From an uncultured Saprospiraceae bacterium (GTDB lineage: Bacteria; Bacteroidota; Bacteroidia; Chitinophagales; Saprospiraceae), in contig CAYVDV010000001.1 in NCBI GenBank assembly GCA_964450465.1, positions 1 to 54,479 of the forward strand: a stretch of 54,479 bases of DNA, written 5' to 3'. Position numbers and translations under genes: made by a program. Positions 19,439 to 28,156 of the stretch are shown in pieces; position 1 is the first letter of the stretch; each line of letters starts with the position of its first letter. The notes beneath the pieces are model-generated. The model made no database searches, had not been told where the DNA came from, and saw only the letters and a program-made list of their open reading frames with translations.

Positions 19439-21061
19439 TTAAACCCGGATCTCGCGTTGAAATACCTGCCCGCTGGCCAGCAGCCGGTACTGATAAGTGC
19501 CGGGAGGCAGGTACCAATCGGCGGGCCGGAACAGAAAACTGTGACTGCCTTTCGGCATAAAATCGCTGATCAGCGTGCGCAGCATGTGCCCTGCTTTGTC
19601 GAGTAATTGCAGGCGCACAGCAGTGCCTTGCATAATGGAGAATTTGATCTCAAAAGCGCCGGCCATGACCGGATGCGGATTGTGGCCCAGCAAGGCGCAC
19701 AGGCCATTGTCGCCGGATGCCGGGGCTATGGACGGCACCAGGCCGCTGATCGGAGGGAAGGGCCGGCCCAGCACATACCGAACCAGCTCGGGCGGGTTTC
19801 CCAGCCAGTCCTGCAAAACGGAGGCATATACCTCGCGAAAATCGACGCTGAAAGGCGGGTCTCCGACCGGATCGGGATTACTCATGTCCTGATATTGACC
19901 GACAAAGCCATTGCCGATTTCGCCGCCGAACATCAGCGTATGGGTGCCCGCGCCGTGGTCGGTGCCCCGGGAGCCGTTTTCATAAATCGAGCGGCCGAAT
20001 TCGGAGAAAGTCATCGTCAGTACTTTCTTTTCTAATCCGCTGTTGCCCGACGACAGGTCATCATAAAATGCGCGCACCGACGAAGCGACCTGTTTGAGCA
20101 GATTCATGTGATTTCCGGCCTGGTTGACATGGGTATCAAAATCGGCAATATCAACCATGAAAATCCGGGTGCCCAGGTTTCCTTTGATCACCCGGGCAAT
20201 GATTGCCATGGGTTCGGAAAGGTCATTGGCGCTGGGGTAAGTCACTGCGTTTTTACCGGTGTTAAAAGCCTGTTGGATCGTTTCGGCATAACGGAAGGCG
20301 GCGTTGGCGGTTTGCCGCACATAGGCCAGTTCGAGTTCGCGGTTTGTATTTCCAAGCGAAGCCGTTTCATACAGTTGGCCGGTTTGGGCGATCTGGTAGA
20401 ACTCCTGCGGGCTGCTGACCGCCAGCGCCATATTGGCTTCCTCGGCTTTAAAGAGCAGGTTAGCCTGCACGCCGATCTGAAGTGCGGGCGGGACTGAAGG
20501 GGGCGCTTCCAGAAAAGCGGCATACTCATTTTCGAGAAAACGACCGAGCCACCCGGTTTCCAGGACCTCATCCCGGTCGCTGGCGGAAGCGATGATATCA
20601 GAAGATCGAAAATGACTGTAGTTGGGTTGCGGGTAGCCAACATTAAAAATGACCTTCATCATGCCCTCTGACCACAAGGGTTGCAAAGGATTGGTGATCA
20701 ATGGCATCCCGTATTCATTGCTGAGTGCCCAGAGTTGGTTGTCCGGTATGCCCAGTGTGGGACGCAGATTGTAATAGTAGGAGCTGCCGCGCTCGATCAC
20801 GGTATTCAGGCCGTCGTTGCCGCCGTCGAGCCGGATCAGTACGAGAACCCGGTCGTTGGTGCCTCCGGCTGCGGCCATTGCAGCCAACAGCGGGGTTGGC
20901 TGAAAGGCCCGGACCATCCGGTTCCCCAGAAGCATGCTTCCGGCGCCCAGCAAACCGGAAGCCGACAGGAAGTCCCTGCGTGACCAAAGCCGGTGTTCCC
21001 GGGTATGCGCTTCCCCGTGCTCCAATGCGGCCCCAAGGCGTTGTTTGTGTTTTTTATCCAT
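19439..21061 (-). CDS. DUF1501 (sulfatase/phosphatase-superfamily-like) protein with a twin-arginine signal and a T9SS C-terminal sorting domain
   Basis: Tat motif in LWSRRDFLSASGLLGAGSMLL. DUF1501-like core (RLDGGNDGLN, DTHVNQ, EFGRS..ENGSRGTDHG). The C-terminal roughly 85 aa resemble a Por_Secre_tail domain: LLGHNPHPVMAGAFEIKFSI..AVRLQLLDKAGHMLRTL..GSHSFLF....LPPGTYQYRL. Confidence 0.8.
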   Translation of the reverse strand: MDKKHKQRLGAALEHGEAHTREHRLWSRRDFLSASGLLGAGSMLLGNRMVRAFQPTPLLAAMAAAGGTNDRVLVLIRLDGGNDGLNTVIERGSSYYYNLRPTLGIPDNQLWALSNEYGMPLITNPLQPLWSEGMMKVIFNVGYPQPNYSHFRSSDIIASASDRDEVLETGWLGRFLENEYAAFLEAPPSVPPALQIGVQANLLFKAEEANMALAVSSPQEFYQIAQTGQLYETASLGNTNRELELAYVRQTANAAFRYAETIQQAFNTGKNAVTYPSANDLSEPMAIIARVIKGNLGTRIFMVDIADFDTHVNQAGNHMNLLKQVASSVRAFYDDLSSGNSGLEKKVLTMTFSEFGRSIYENGSRGTDHGAGTHTLMFGGEIGNGFVGQYQDMSNPDPVGDPPFSVDFREVYASVLQDWLGNPPELVRYVLGRPFPPISGLVPSIAPASGDNGLCALLGHNPHPVMAGAFEIKFSIMQGTAVRLQLLDKAGHMLRTLISDFMPKGSHSFLFRPADWYLPPGTYQYRLLASGQVFQREIRV

Positions 21062-21080
21062 ACCGTGTTGATTTCAATGA

Positions 21081-22586
21081 TTAACTCAGTTGGTATTCCG
21101 GAAGTTTAAACAGATACTTTAAGAGGTTGACGATCTGACCGGGCACTTCGTCCCAGCTTAGATTCCAGGAACCATCGGTAAAATAGCCCTCGGGAATGCC
21201 GGACTTGAAATAGCCGGTGGCTGCATCGAGGTAGATGGGGTCCAGGGTTTGCCCGGTAAAAAAGTCGACGAGCGCGCCGGTGATAAGTACCGGGTCTTTG
21301 CTGTCGTTGGTCAGCGTTTGCGCGATCGCCCGGAGGTTTTCGCCCAGCTGGTCATTTTTTGAAAGAAAATTGGCCACCAGAGCTGCGTAGTTCCAACGGC
21401 TGGCCAGCGTACTTTCATTGATCCAGGCCCGGTTTCCGGGCCATCCGGCTACGTTGGGCGGGTCAAAGATTATTTGGCCCAGCCGGCCGGAGAAAAAAGC
21501 GATATCATCCCACCAGGCGGGCAGAATATGGTCTGAGGACTTGGCGCCGGCCATTTTCAGCACCGGGATCAGGGCTTCCAGCGGACTTTTGAGGCGGGCG
21601 TTCAGGAAACGCGCTTCGAAGAAATGTTCACTTTTAAACAGTTGCCGGAGCACTGGCAGCAATTCCCAGTTGTTGTCGCGGAATGTAGTAGCAAGGCCCT
21701 CGATGATCTGAGGGTCGACGGTTTGGTACACATAGTTCCGGTAGATCTTGGCGGTAATAAATTGGGATACCTGCATCGGGCGTTCCTGGAAGATCAGGAG
21801 GTGAGCCGAGGTGAAATCGAAGGTGTCGGTTACCCCAAAAATCGTTTTCGGGGCATCGTCAAATTTCGCAGGATCAAAGAACGGCGCCGTACAATCGTTG
21901 AAGGATGCTTTCCAGCCGGTGAGCGCCCGCGACATTTCTACCACGTCCAGCTGGGTGTATCCATTGCTTTCACCCATGGTAAAAAGTTCCATGAGTTCGC
22001 GGGCATAATTTTCGTTGGGTTCGCCGACTTCGTTTACGTTTCCGTTCAGGAACACCAGCATGGCAGGATTTTTGCCCATGGCAACCACAAAATCCCGGAA
22101 GTTGCCGAATGCATATTCATGCAACAGCGAATAATAGCTCCACATGTAGGCATTACAGCCATAAACCAGCTGTCGTGTGACAAAGTGATTGTGCCAGAAC
22201 AGGGCCATTTTAGCCCGGGCGCCTTCATCGAGCATCTCGGAAAGCCAGCGGTTGCGCAGCGCACGGCGGTTCGAATCAATCAGGACATTATTGCCGGCGT
22301 AATCAGCCGTAGTCCAGTTGGCCCAAACCGGCGGAGCGGGCGGCCCGAGGGAAGCGGCAGCATCGAGCAGTTGATCCACCAGGTCGGCAGGATCCATAAG
22401 CAAGCCCTGCTGGATCTGTTCGATGGTAGCCCCAAAGCCCAAACGACGGTATAGATGGGCCACCCGGCGGGCATTCCAGGGTTTTGCAAGGGAAGGAACA
22501 TAAGGGTCCAGAGAATCGACTACTAGAGAAGCCTGGCCGGCCGAAGTTTGTTTTTTTTCAGGGGAAACGTTTACGTGGGACGACAT
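21081..22586 (-). CDS. DUF1800 domain-containing protein, the usual partner of DUF1501
   Basis: Motifs FWHNHF, ARELMELFTMG and FDPPNVAGWPG are typical of DUF1800 as I recall it. The track start at 22619 is TTG; the first ATG is at 22586. Neither start gives a recognisable signal peptide. 19-nt gap to the DUF1501 gene. Confidence 0.8.
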   Translation of the reverse strand: MSSHVNVSPEKKQTSAGQASLVVDSLDPYVPSLAKPWNARRVAHLYRRLGFGATIEQIQQGLLMDPADLVDQLLDAAASLGPPAPPVWANWTTADYAGNNVLIDSNRRALRNRWLSEMLDEGARAKMALFWHNHFVTRQLVYGCNAYMWSYYSLLHEYAFGNFRDFVVAMGKNPAMLVFLNGNVNEVGEPNENYARELMELFTMGESNGYTQLDVVEMSRALTGWKASFNDCTAPFFDPAKFDDAPKTIFGVTDTFDFTSAHLLIFQERPMQVSQFITAKIYRNYVYQTVDPQIIEGLATTFRDNNWELLPVLRQLFKSEHFFEARFLNARLKSPLEALIPVLKMAGAKSSDHILPAWWDDIAFFSGRLGQIIFDPPNVAGWPGNRAWINESTLASRWNYAALVANFLSKNDQLGENLRAIAQTLTNDSKDPVLITGALVDFFTGQTLDPIYLDAATGYFKSGIPEGYFTDGSWNLSWDEVPGQIVNLLKYLFKLPEYQLS

Positions 22587-22823
22587 AACAGATAAAAATG
22601 GTTGAGCAATATTCGGCAATTTATACCTTACCTGGCTTTTTATCCTTCTACCTTGTCAGATATTTTCAAACTTGTAACTTAACAAACCTCTTTCAAAACC
22701 AATTCTGCCGAACCGCCTTATCTTTAGTTCTCCAACCGAAGTGACAGCGGTTTCAGGCCGGAAAAGGTAAATTCCTGCTGATTTTCACCCCAAATGGACC
22801 GGATCCAATCCAAACCAGATACT

Positions 22824-25800
22824 ATGCGTTTTTTAATACCTATTTGTATTGCCCTGCTCCCGGTCTTTGGCCTCTTCCGCCTGAATGCACAAACTACAGT
22901 GTTTGAAGAGCGTTTCGACAACTGTGCATTGCCTGCCAGCTGGCAGGTAAACCTGAGTGGCAACCCGAATGCGAAATGGCTTGTGGGCTTCGCCCAAAAC
23001 AGCGTCGTACCGGGCCAGAGCATCGACAGCACCTGCTGCCTCTTCATCGATGATTATGCCACCGGAAACAATACCCCGGGCTACATCCTTGAGTTCGTCT
23101 CCCCGGCGTTTAATATCGCGGGCTATCAGACTGCCGAGCTCAGTATGGATGTACATTACCGGCACAACAACAGCACGGACCAGTATTTCGATGTGCTGAT
23201 TACCGACGGAACCACCGAGCAACTGATCACCCGCTTCAACAGCGGACACAGCAATGAGGCCAATTCCAGTGTCAGCAAGCATTTTTCACTCCGCTTCGAT
23301 CTGGCCCTGCTCACCAAAAAAACGGGGACACGGTTGATTTTCCGATACAATGACAGCGCCGGTGAATGGGGCTGGTGGGCCGGTATTGACAATATTCGGG
23401 TAGTCGGCTCCGGCACCGGCACCAATGTGCTAACCGAAGCCTTCAATAATTGCGCTCAGCCGGCCGGCTGGACCACCGAAATACTTACCGGAAACAACAA
23501 CTGGTCCTTTGGCCTCGTCCCCTTCGGTTCTTCAGCCTACTACGGCGGCACTTCGATGGATGGCTCCTGTTTTGCATTTTTTGACGACAATAAAGCCGGC
23601 GAAAACACCCCCCCCTCCAAAATCCGATTGCTTTCCCCCTGGTTTTCCGGCACGGAGTTTTTCCGCTATGAATTGGCTTTTGATCTTATCATGCGTTACT
23701 CCGGCGATGCCTTTCAGGTTTTTGTGGAAAATGACAAGGGAGATAAATTTCCATTGTTGCAAAAGGAAGCCCAGATTGGCGGGCCTTTTTTCCCCAACTA
23801 TATCCATTACAAGTTCGATCTCACGCCGTACCGTTCCGGGCAATTGCGTATCGGGTTCGAATACGATGACAAGGGCTTATGGGGGTATTGGAACGGACTG
23901 GATAATGTCAAGGTAACGGGAGCAGCCGCTGCGCTGGACTTTTGCGCCCAGGCGGAAACGCTGCTCACCGGCGATCCCTGCCACCCCGCCGAAAACCGCA
24001 CTGCCCTGTTCAATGGACCGGCGCCGGATTGTTCCGGTCGCGTGGCGGGCGGATTGTGGTTTCAATGGCTGGCGGATTTTACCGGAATTGCACAATTGGT
24101 CACGAATGCTACTTTCAACGACGTGGTATCGGTGTATACCGGCGACTGCGCTGCGTTGCAACCGGTCCTGTGCAACAACCGCGACGAGCACGGATTCACC
24201 GGGGAAACCACCTACATTCCGGTTCAGGAAGGCACCCGGTACTATTTTCACATCAGCGGACAGGAAGACGGCTTCGGCATTTCACGCGGGGATGTCTGTG
24301 TCGGTATTGATCAAGCGGGGGGCTATCCACCGCGTCCGGTCAATGACGATTGTGCTACAGCCCTGCCGCTCCCACAGGATGGCAGCTGCATTCCGGGCAA
24401 CAACCACAACGCCTTGATGTCTTCGGTTTTGCCTTCAGGCAACCAACTGGCCCGCGCCGATGTATGGTACTCGTTCACAGCCGGAAACCCGGCGCCGGGC
24501 GAAGTTCAGGTCCTGGAAAGCAACGCCAATTTCTCCGATATCATCACCCTGTATGAAGGGACCTGTAATGCGCTTACAGAACTGGCGTGCAACCACAAGG
24601 GCGGTTCGCTATCCTTGCCAGCATTAAGTGCCGGGGAAACGTATTATGTTCAAATAGCCGGCACTTTTGCAAGTGTGGAAGGCCAGCTTTGCCCGCGACT
24701 TTCTGTTGTACAACCCACAACACCGCCAAACGATGATTGCTTCCATGCCGAGGAAATAGTTCTGGGAGGAAACTGTGTGGCTGCCAATAATACGGGGGCT
24801 AGCTTTTCCGGGCTCCAACCCGCTTGCGCCGTTTCCGTGGATCACGACATCTGGTTCAAATTCACAGCCCCGGCCTTCGGCGCCGTCCGGATCAACACCG
24901 GCGCTTCATTCGAACACACACTCAGCGTCTGGCGCGGCCCATGCGACAGCCTGAAGTCGTTTTTCTGTACACTTAACCCCCTTCGTTGCGACGGCTACGT
25001 CACCGTTGGCAGCCTTACCCCAGGTGAAACCTACTATTTGCAGATCGCCTCCTGGAATGGCCCTGGCGGGATCCGCAGCGGTAATATGTGCGTAAAGATC
25101 CTGGATGGTCAATCGGCACCTGATTTTACCCCGCTTCATCTCGAAGTCCTGCAACCTTGCATCGGCACGGACAGCGCCCGTTTGTATATTACCGCCAGTG
25201 GAGGCCTTCCACCGTACACCTTCCTGGCAGATACCAGTGGACAGATCGTCCTGAGCGGCCAACCCTTCGCCGTGATCGTGTCGGACCTTATGGGCTGCGA
25301 AACTGAAGTTTTCGACAGCATTGAACCCTGCGCATCCAATACCTGTACGGCTAAAGTAACCCTTACCCCTACCCTTCCCACCTGTTTTGGCGACAGTGAC
25401 GGCATTGTGAAAGCCGAGGTAAACGGCAATGGCGGTCCCTTGTTCTTCAAATGGTCAAACAACACATTTACATCAACCAACATGGGGCTGGCAGCAGGCA
25501 CTTACACCTTGACGATCACAGAACTCTCTGGTTGTGTGTATGTTGCCTCGATAGTCTTACCGCAACCTGATGCCATACAGATCCAGGCTGATAGCATCCG
25601 GCAACCGGTACAAGGGCAAAACGACGGGGCCATTTCCGTCACGGTGACGGGAGCGACAGCCCCCTTGACCTACTACTGGGTCCGGGATGGCCTTCTGTTC
25701 GCACAGGATACCGAGGACCTGGACAATCTCGCAGGTGGCACGTACGAACTTCTGGTAACCGACAGCTCCGGTTGCACCGGCACCTTTTCCGCCCAGCTCA

Positions 25801-26084
25801 CGGAGACCGTCGGGACCGATGCGCCGAAGGAGCCTTTTCGCGCTGCGCTTTACCCCAATCCAGCCAACAAGGAAACCATATTATCGGTCTCGCTTCCGGC
25901 ACCGGAAAAGTTGTACATTTCCCTGACGGACGCATTGGGGCGGCTTGTGCTGAACCGGGAGATTGGAAATATACGCCAGCAGCAGATCAGTCTGGATGTG
26001 CAGGCACTTCCACCCGGGGTTTACCGGGTGCAGGTCCGCACAGCGCAGCATAGTCTTGCACGGAACCTGATCGTGTGGCGGTGA
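22824..26084 (+). CDS. Large modular T9SS-secreted adhesin-like protein with 2 MAM-like modules, 3 Cys-rich modules, SprB-type repeats and a T9SS C-terminal domain
   Basis: The ATG at 22824 gives the signal MRFLIPICIALLPVFGLFRLNAQ (an alternative ATG lies at 22794). Two modules start F.E.F(D/N)NCA.PA.W. Three modules start (L/N)D(F/D)C..A. and contain (L/V/I)W(F/Y).(W/F). SprB-like PTCFGDSDGIVKAEVNGNGGPLFFKWSNN. C-terminus ALYPNPANKETILSVSL...LPPGVYRVQV. Confidence 0.8.
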   Translation: MRFLIPICIALLPVFGLFRLNAQTTVFEERFDNCALPASWQVNLSGNPNAKWLVGFAQNSVVPGQSIDSTCCLFIDDYATGNNTPGYILEFVSPAFNIAGYQTAELSMDVHYRHNNSTDQYFDVLITDGTTEQLITRFNSGHSNEANSSVSKHFSLRFDLALLTKKTGTRLIFRYNDSAGEWGWWAGIDNIRVVGSGTGTNVLTEAFNNCAQPAGWTTEILTGNNNWSFGLVPFGSSAYYGGTSMDGSCFAFFDDNKAGENTPPSKIRLLSPWFSGTEFFRYELAFDLIMRYSGDAFQVFVENDKGDKFPLLQKEAQIGGPFFPNYIHYKFDLTPYRSGQLRIGFEYDDKGLWGYWNGLDNVKVTGAAAALDFCAQAETLLTGDPCHPAENRTALFNGPAPDCSGRVAGGLWFQWLADFTGIAQLVTNATFNDVVSVYTGDCAALQPVLCNNRDEHGFTGETTYIPVQEGTRYYFHISGQEDGFGISRGDVCVGIDQAGGYPPRPVNDDCATALPLPQDGSCIPGNNHNALMSSVLPSGNQLARADVWYSFTAGNPAPGEVQVLESNANFSDIITLYEGTCNALTELACNHKGGSLSLPALSAGETYYVQIAGTFASVEGQLCPRLSVVQPTTPPNDDCFHAEEIVLGGNCVAANNTGASFSGLQPACAVSVDHDIWFKFTAPAFGAVRINTGASFEHTLSVWRGPCDSLKSFFCTLNPLRCDGYVTVGSLTPGETYYLQIASWNGPGGIRSGNMCVKILDGQSAPDFTPLHLEVLQPCIGTDSARLYITASGGLPPYTFLADTSGQIVLSGQPFAVIVSDLMGCETEVFDSIEPCASNTCTAKVTLTPTLPTCFGDSDGIVKAEVNGNGGPLFFKWSNNTFTSTNMGLAAGTYTLTITELSGCVYVASIVLPQPDAIQIQADSIRQPVQGQNDGAISVTVTGATAPLTYYWVRDGLLFAQDTEDLDNLAGGTYELLVTDSSGCTGTFSAQLTETVGTDAPKEPFRAALYPNPANKETILSVSLPAPEKLYISLTDALGRLVLNREIGNIRQQQISLDVQALPPGVYRVQVRTAQHSLARNLIVWR

Positions 26085-26144
26085 AAGCAGCAGGGCTGCG
26101 GAGGGCAGTATCCTGCAAATAAGATATAAATCTTTAATTCGTTT

Positions 26145-26174
26145 TTTGCCATTTCTTTTTTTCGTCTAACTTTG
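26145..26174 (+). promoter_or_regulatory. Candidate Bacteroidota-type promoter (-33 TTTG, -7 TAnnTTTG) for the polysaccharide locus
   Basis: TTTG at 26145-26148, an 18-nt spacer, then TAACTTTG at 26167-26174. This matches the Bacteroides sigma-A consensus as I remember it. It would leave a roughly 260-nt leader before the first CDS. Confidence 0.3.
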
Positions 26175-26282
26175 GGCGGCCTTTCGGCCCCCTTATTGCC
26201 CGCAATAAACCCTCTTCCCGCCTAATTGATTGGCACGACTTTTGTCTTCCTTGACATCGTAATCTGTATTGGTTATCAACTA

Positions 26283-26323
26283 ATTGTACGATTTTCTAAT
26301 ATGTGAAAATCATAATGTACAAT
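26283..26323. repeat. AT-rich imperfect inverted repeat in the leader of the polysaccharide locus
   Basis: attgtac-gattttc (26283-26296), loop taatatgt, gaaaatc (26305-26311), ataat, gtacaat (26317-26323). Two 7-bp perfect arms are separated by a 5-nt asymmetric bulge. Confidence 0.7.
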
Positions 26324-26440
26324 GCATTGATCACCCAGCCTATTCTCCTCGATATTGCCTGTTCCGGGGAAACAAACACCTTCCGGGCATACCCTTTGGC
26401 GGTCTGCTGTGGAAATTATATATATTGAAACAACCAAAAC

Positions 26441-27043
26441 TTGCACACTTTGGAAAAAAACTATTACGCACATCCTTCCGCTGTTGTTGACAACGGCAGT
26501 GAAATAGGCGAGGGTACGAAGATCTGGCACTTCTGCCATGTGATGGCGGACGCACGGATCGGGAAGAACTGCTCACTCGGGCAGAATGTATTTGTTGCCA
26601 ATGGAGTTACCCTCGGCCATAACGTGAAGGTGCAAAACAACGTCTCCATTTACACCGGGGTTTTTTGTGAAGATGATGTGTTTTTGGGCCCTTCCATGGT
26701 ATTTACGAACGTGATCAATCCGCGCAGTGCAGTAAACCGAAAGGGGGAGTATCAAAAAACCCATGTCGGTCGCGGTGTAACGATTGGCGCCAATGCCACC
26801 ATCGTGTGCGGCACACAGCTTGGCGCTTTTGCATTTATAGGGGCAGGAGCGGTAGTAACACGGGATGTGCCGCCGTATTCCCTGGTTGTTGGAAACCCGG
26901 GACGGGTGATCGGCTGGATGAGTGAACACGGCGAGCGCCTGCATTTCGACAAAAACGGGGTTGCCATTTGCCCGGGCAGCGGGGAGGAATACCGGTTGAC
27001 GGACGGGCAGGTACAAAAATCAACGAGCACAGCATTAACGTAA
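26441..27043 (+). CDS. wbpD: UDP-2-acetamido-3-amino-2,3-dideoxy-glucuronate N-acetyltransferase (WbpD/WlbB-type hexapeptide transferase)
   Basis: YYAHPSAVVDNGSEIGEGTKIWHFCHV...GQNVFV...VQNNVSIY..V..ED.VF.GPSMVFTNV.NPRS....K.EY..T.V..G.TIGANATIVCG closely follows the P. aeruginosa WbpD sequence as I recall it. The frame opens at 26429 after a TGA, and the only starts are TTG 26441 or TTG 26450. Confidence 0.85.
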   Translation: MHTLEKNYYAHPSAVVDNGSEIGEGTKIWHFCHVMADARIGKNCSLGQNVFVANGVTLGHNVKVQNNVSIYTGVFCEDDVFLGPSMVFTNVINPRSAVNRKGEYQKTHVGRGVTIGANATIVCGTQLGAFAFIGAGAVVTRDVPPYSLVVGNPGRVIGWMSEHGERLHFDKNGVAICPGSGEEYRLTDGQVQKSTSTALT

Positions 27044-27087
27044 ATTCACAAACAATCTTCAGGCTAATCCACTGAATTAAAGCGAAA

Positions 27088-28056
27088 ATGAAAAGATTTG
27101 TACTTATCGGCGCCGCCGGTTTTGTCGCCCCCCGCCACATGCGCGCGATCAAAGATACCGGGAATACCCTGGTTGCGGCCCTTGACCCCAATGACTCTGT
27201 CGGGACCATTGACAGTTTTTTCCCGGACTCCGCCTTCTTCACTGAATTTGAGCGATTTGACCGCCATGTCAGCAAGTTAAAGCGCAACGGCGAACCCATT
27301 GATTACGTCAGCGTTTGTTCGCCCAATTACCTGCACGATGCCCATATCCGCTTCGGGTTGCGCAATGGCGCCAATGTAATCTGCGAAAAACCACTTGTGC
27401 TCAACCCCTGGAATGTGGACGGACTTCTGGACATTGAGCAGGAAACAGGGCACCGCGTTTACACCATTCTTCAATTGCGGCTCCATCCGGCTATTATTGA
27501 ACTCAAGCGCCAGGTGGAAAATTCTCCGCCGGACAAGGTCTTCGATGTCAACCTGACTTATATTACATCCCGGGGAAACTGGTATTACGCCAGTTGGAAG
27601 GGTGAAAAGGAAAAATCGGGAGGGATCGCCACCAACATCGGCATCCACTTTTTTGATATGCTGCACTGGATCTTCGGCGACGTGCAGGAAAATATTGTAT
27701 TCGTACACAACCATGACCGCGCTGCCGGCTATCTGGGTTTGAAAAAAGCCCGCGTTCATTGGTTTCTCAGCATCAATTATCATACGATTCCGGAATCTGT
27801 AAAAAATAACGGCATGCGGACCTACCGCTCAATCACCGTGGAAGGCAAGGAGATTGAGTTCAGTGACGGATTTACCGATCTGCACACCATCAGTTACCAG
27901 GATGTTATGGATGGAAAAGGGTTTGGACTCGAAACTGCGGCACATGCCGTGGAAATTGCCCATACCATTCGCAATGCCAAACCAGTTGGGCTGCAACACG
28001 AACACCATCCGCTGGCGGCATTGCCCTACAGCCCGCATCCGTTTGAGTGGGACTAG
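27088..28056 (+). CDS. wbpB: UDP-N-acetyl-glucosaminuronate 3-dehydrogenase (WbpB/WlbA-type Gfo/Idh/MocA oxidoreductase)
   Basis: MKRFVLIGAAGFVAPRHMRAIKDTGNTLVAALDPNDSVG, SPNYLHDAHI, ICEKPLV, LTYITSRGNWY.SWKG and TNIGIHFFDMLHWIFG track the WbpB sequence as I recall it. Confidence 0.85.
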   Translation: MKRFVLIGAAGFVAPRHMRAIKDTGNTLVAALDPNDSVGTIDSFFPDSAFFTEFERFDRHVSKLKRNGEPIDYVSVCSPNYLHDAHIRFGLRNGANVICEKPLVLNPWNVDGLLDIEQETGHRVYTILQLRLHPAIIELKRQVENSPPDKVFDVNLTYITSRGNWYYASWKGEKEKSGGIATNIGIHFFDMLHWIFGDVQENIVFVHNHDRAAGYLGLKKARVHWFLSINYHTIPESVKNNGMRTYRSITVEGKEIEFSDGFTDLHTISYQDVMDGKGFGLETAAHAVEIAHTIRNAKPVGLQHEHHPLAALPYSPHPFEWD

Positions 28057-28156
28057 GCAAGCGGCAGCTTATACTTTTCGTACCGGGTCAGGCGGGCGTA
28101 GGGGCGCCCGTATGATCAGTTAAACAAGATTGACAAGCGTCAAAATCAATACTATT

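Noticed and set aside
26398-26405. ops/JUMPStart-like GGCGGTCT about 40 nt upstream of the first locus gene
   Set aside because: It has two mismatches to the GGCGGTAG core as I remember it. The ops/RfaH system is proteobacterial, and a 6-of-8 match in a GC-rich 350-nt region is expected by chance.
26315-26428. 37-codon upstream ORF (MYNALITQPILLDIACSGETNTFRAYPLAVCCGNYIY) ending 12 nt before the wbpD TTG start
   Set aside because: It might be a leader peptide, but there is no conservation evidence, no recognisable motif, and Bacteroidota lack usable SD signals to support it. Chance ORFs of this size are common. The overlapping track ORFs 26284-26490, 26276-26539 and 26340-26576 are rejected for the same reason.
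28093-28110. Small GC hairpin (cgggcg-tagggg-cgcccg) between wbpB and wzc
   Set aside because: It has only a 6-bp stem and no U-tract, and it sits inside an otherwise co-directional operon. That is too weak to call an attenuator or terminator.
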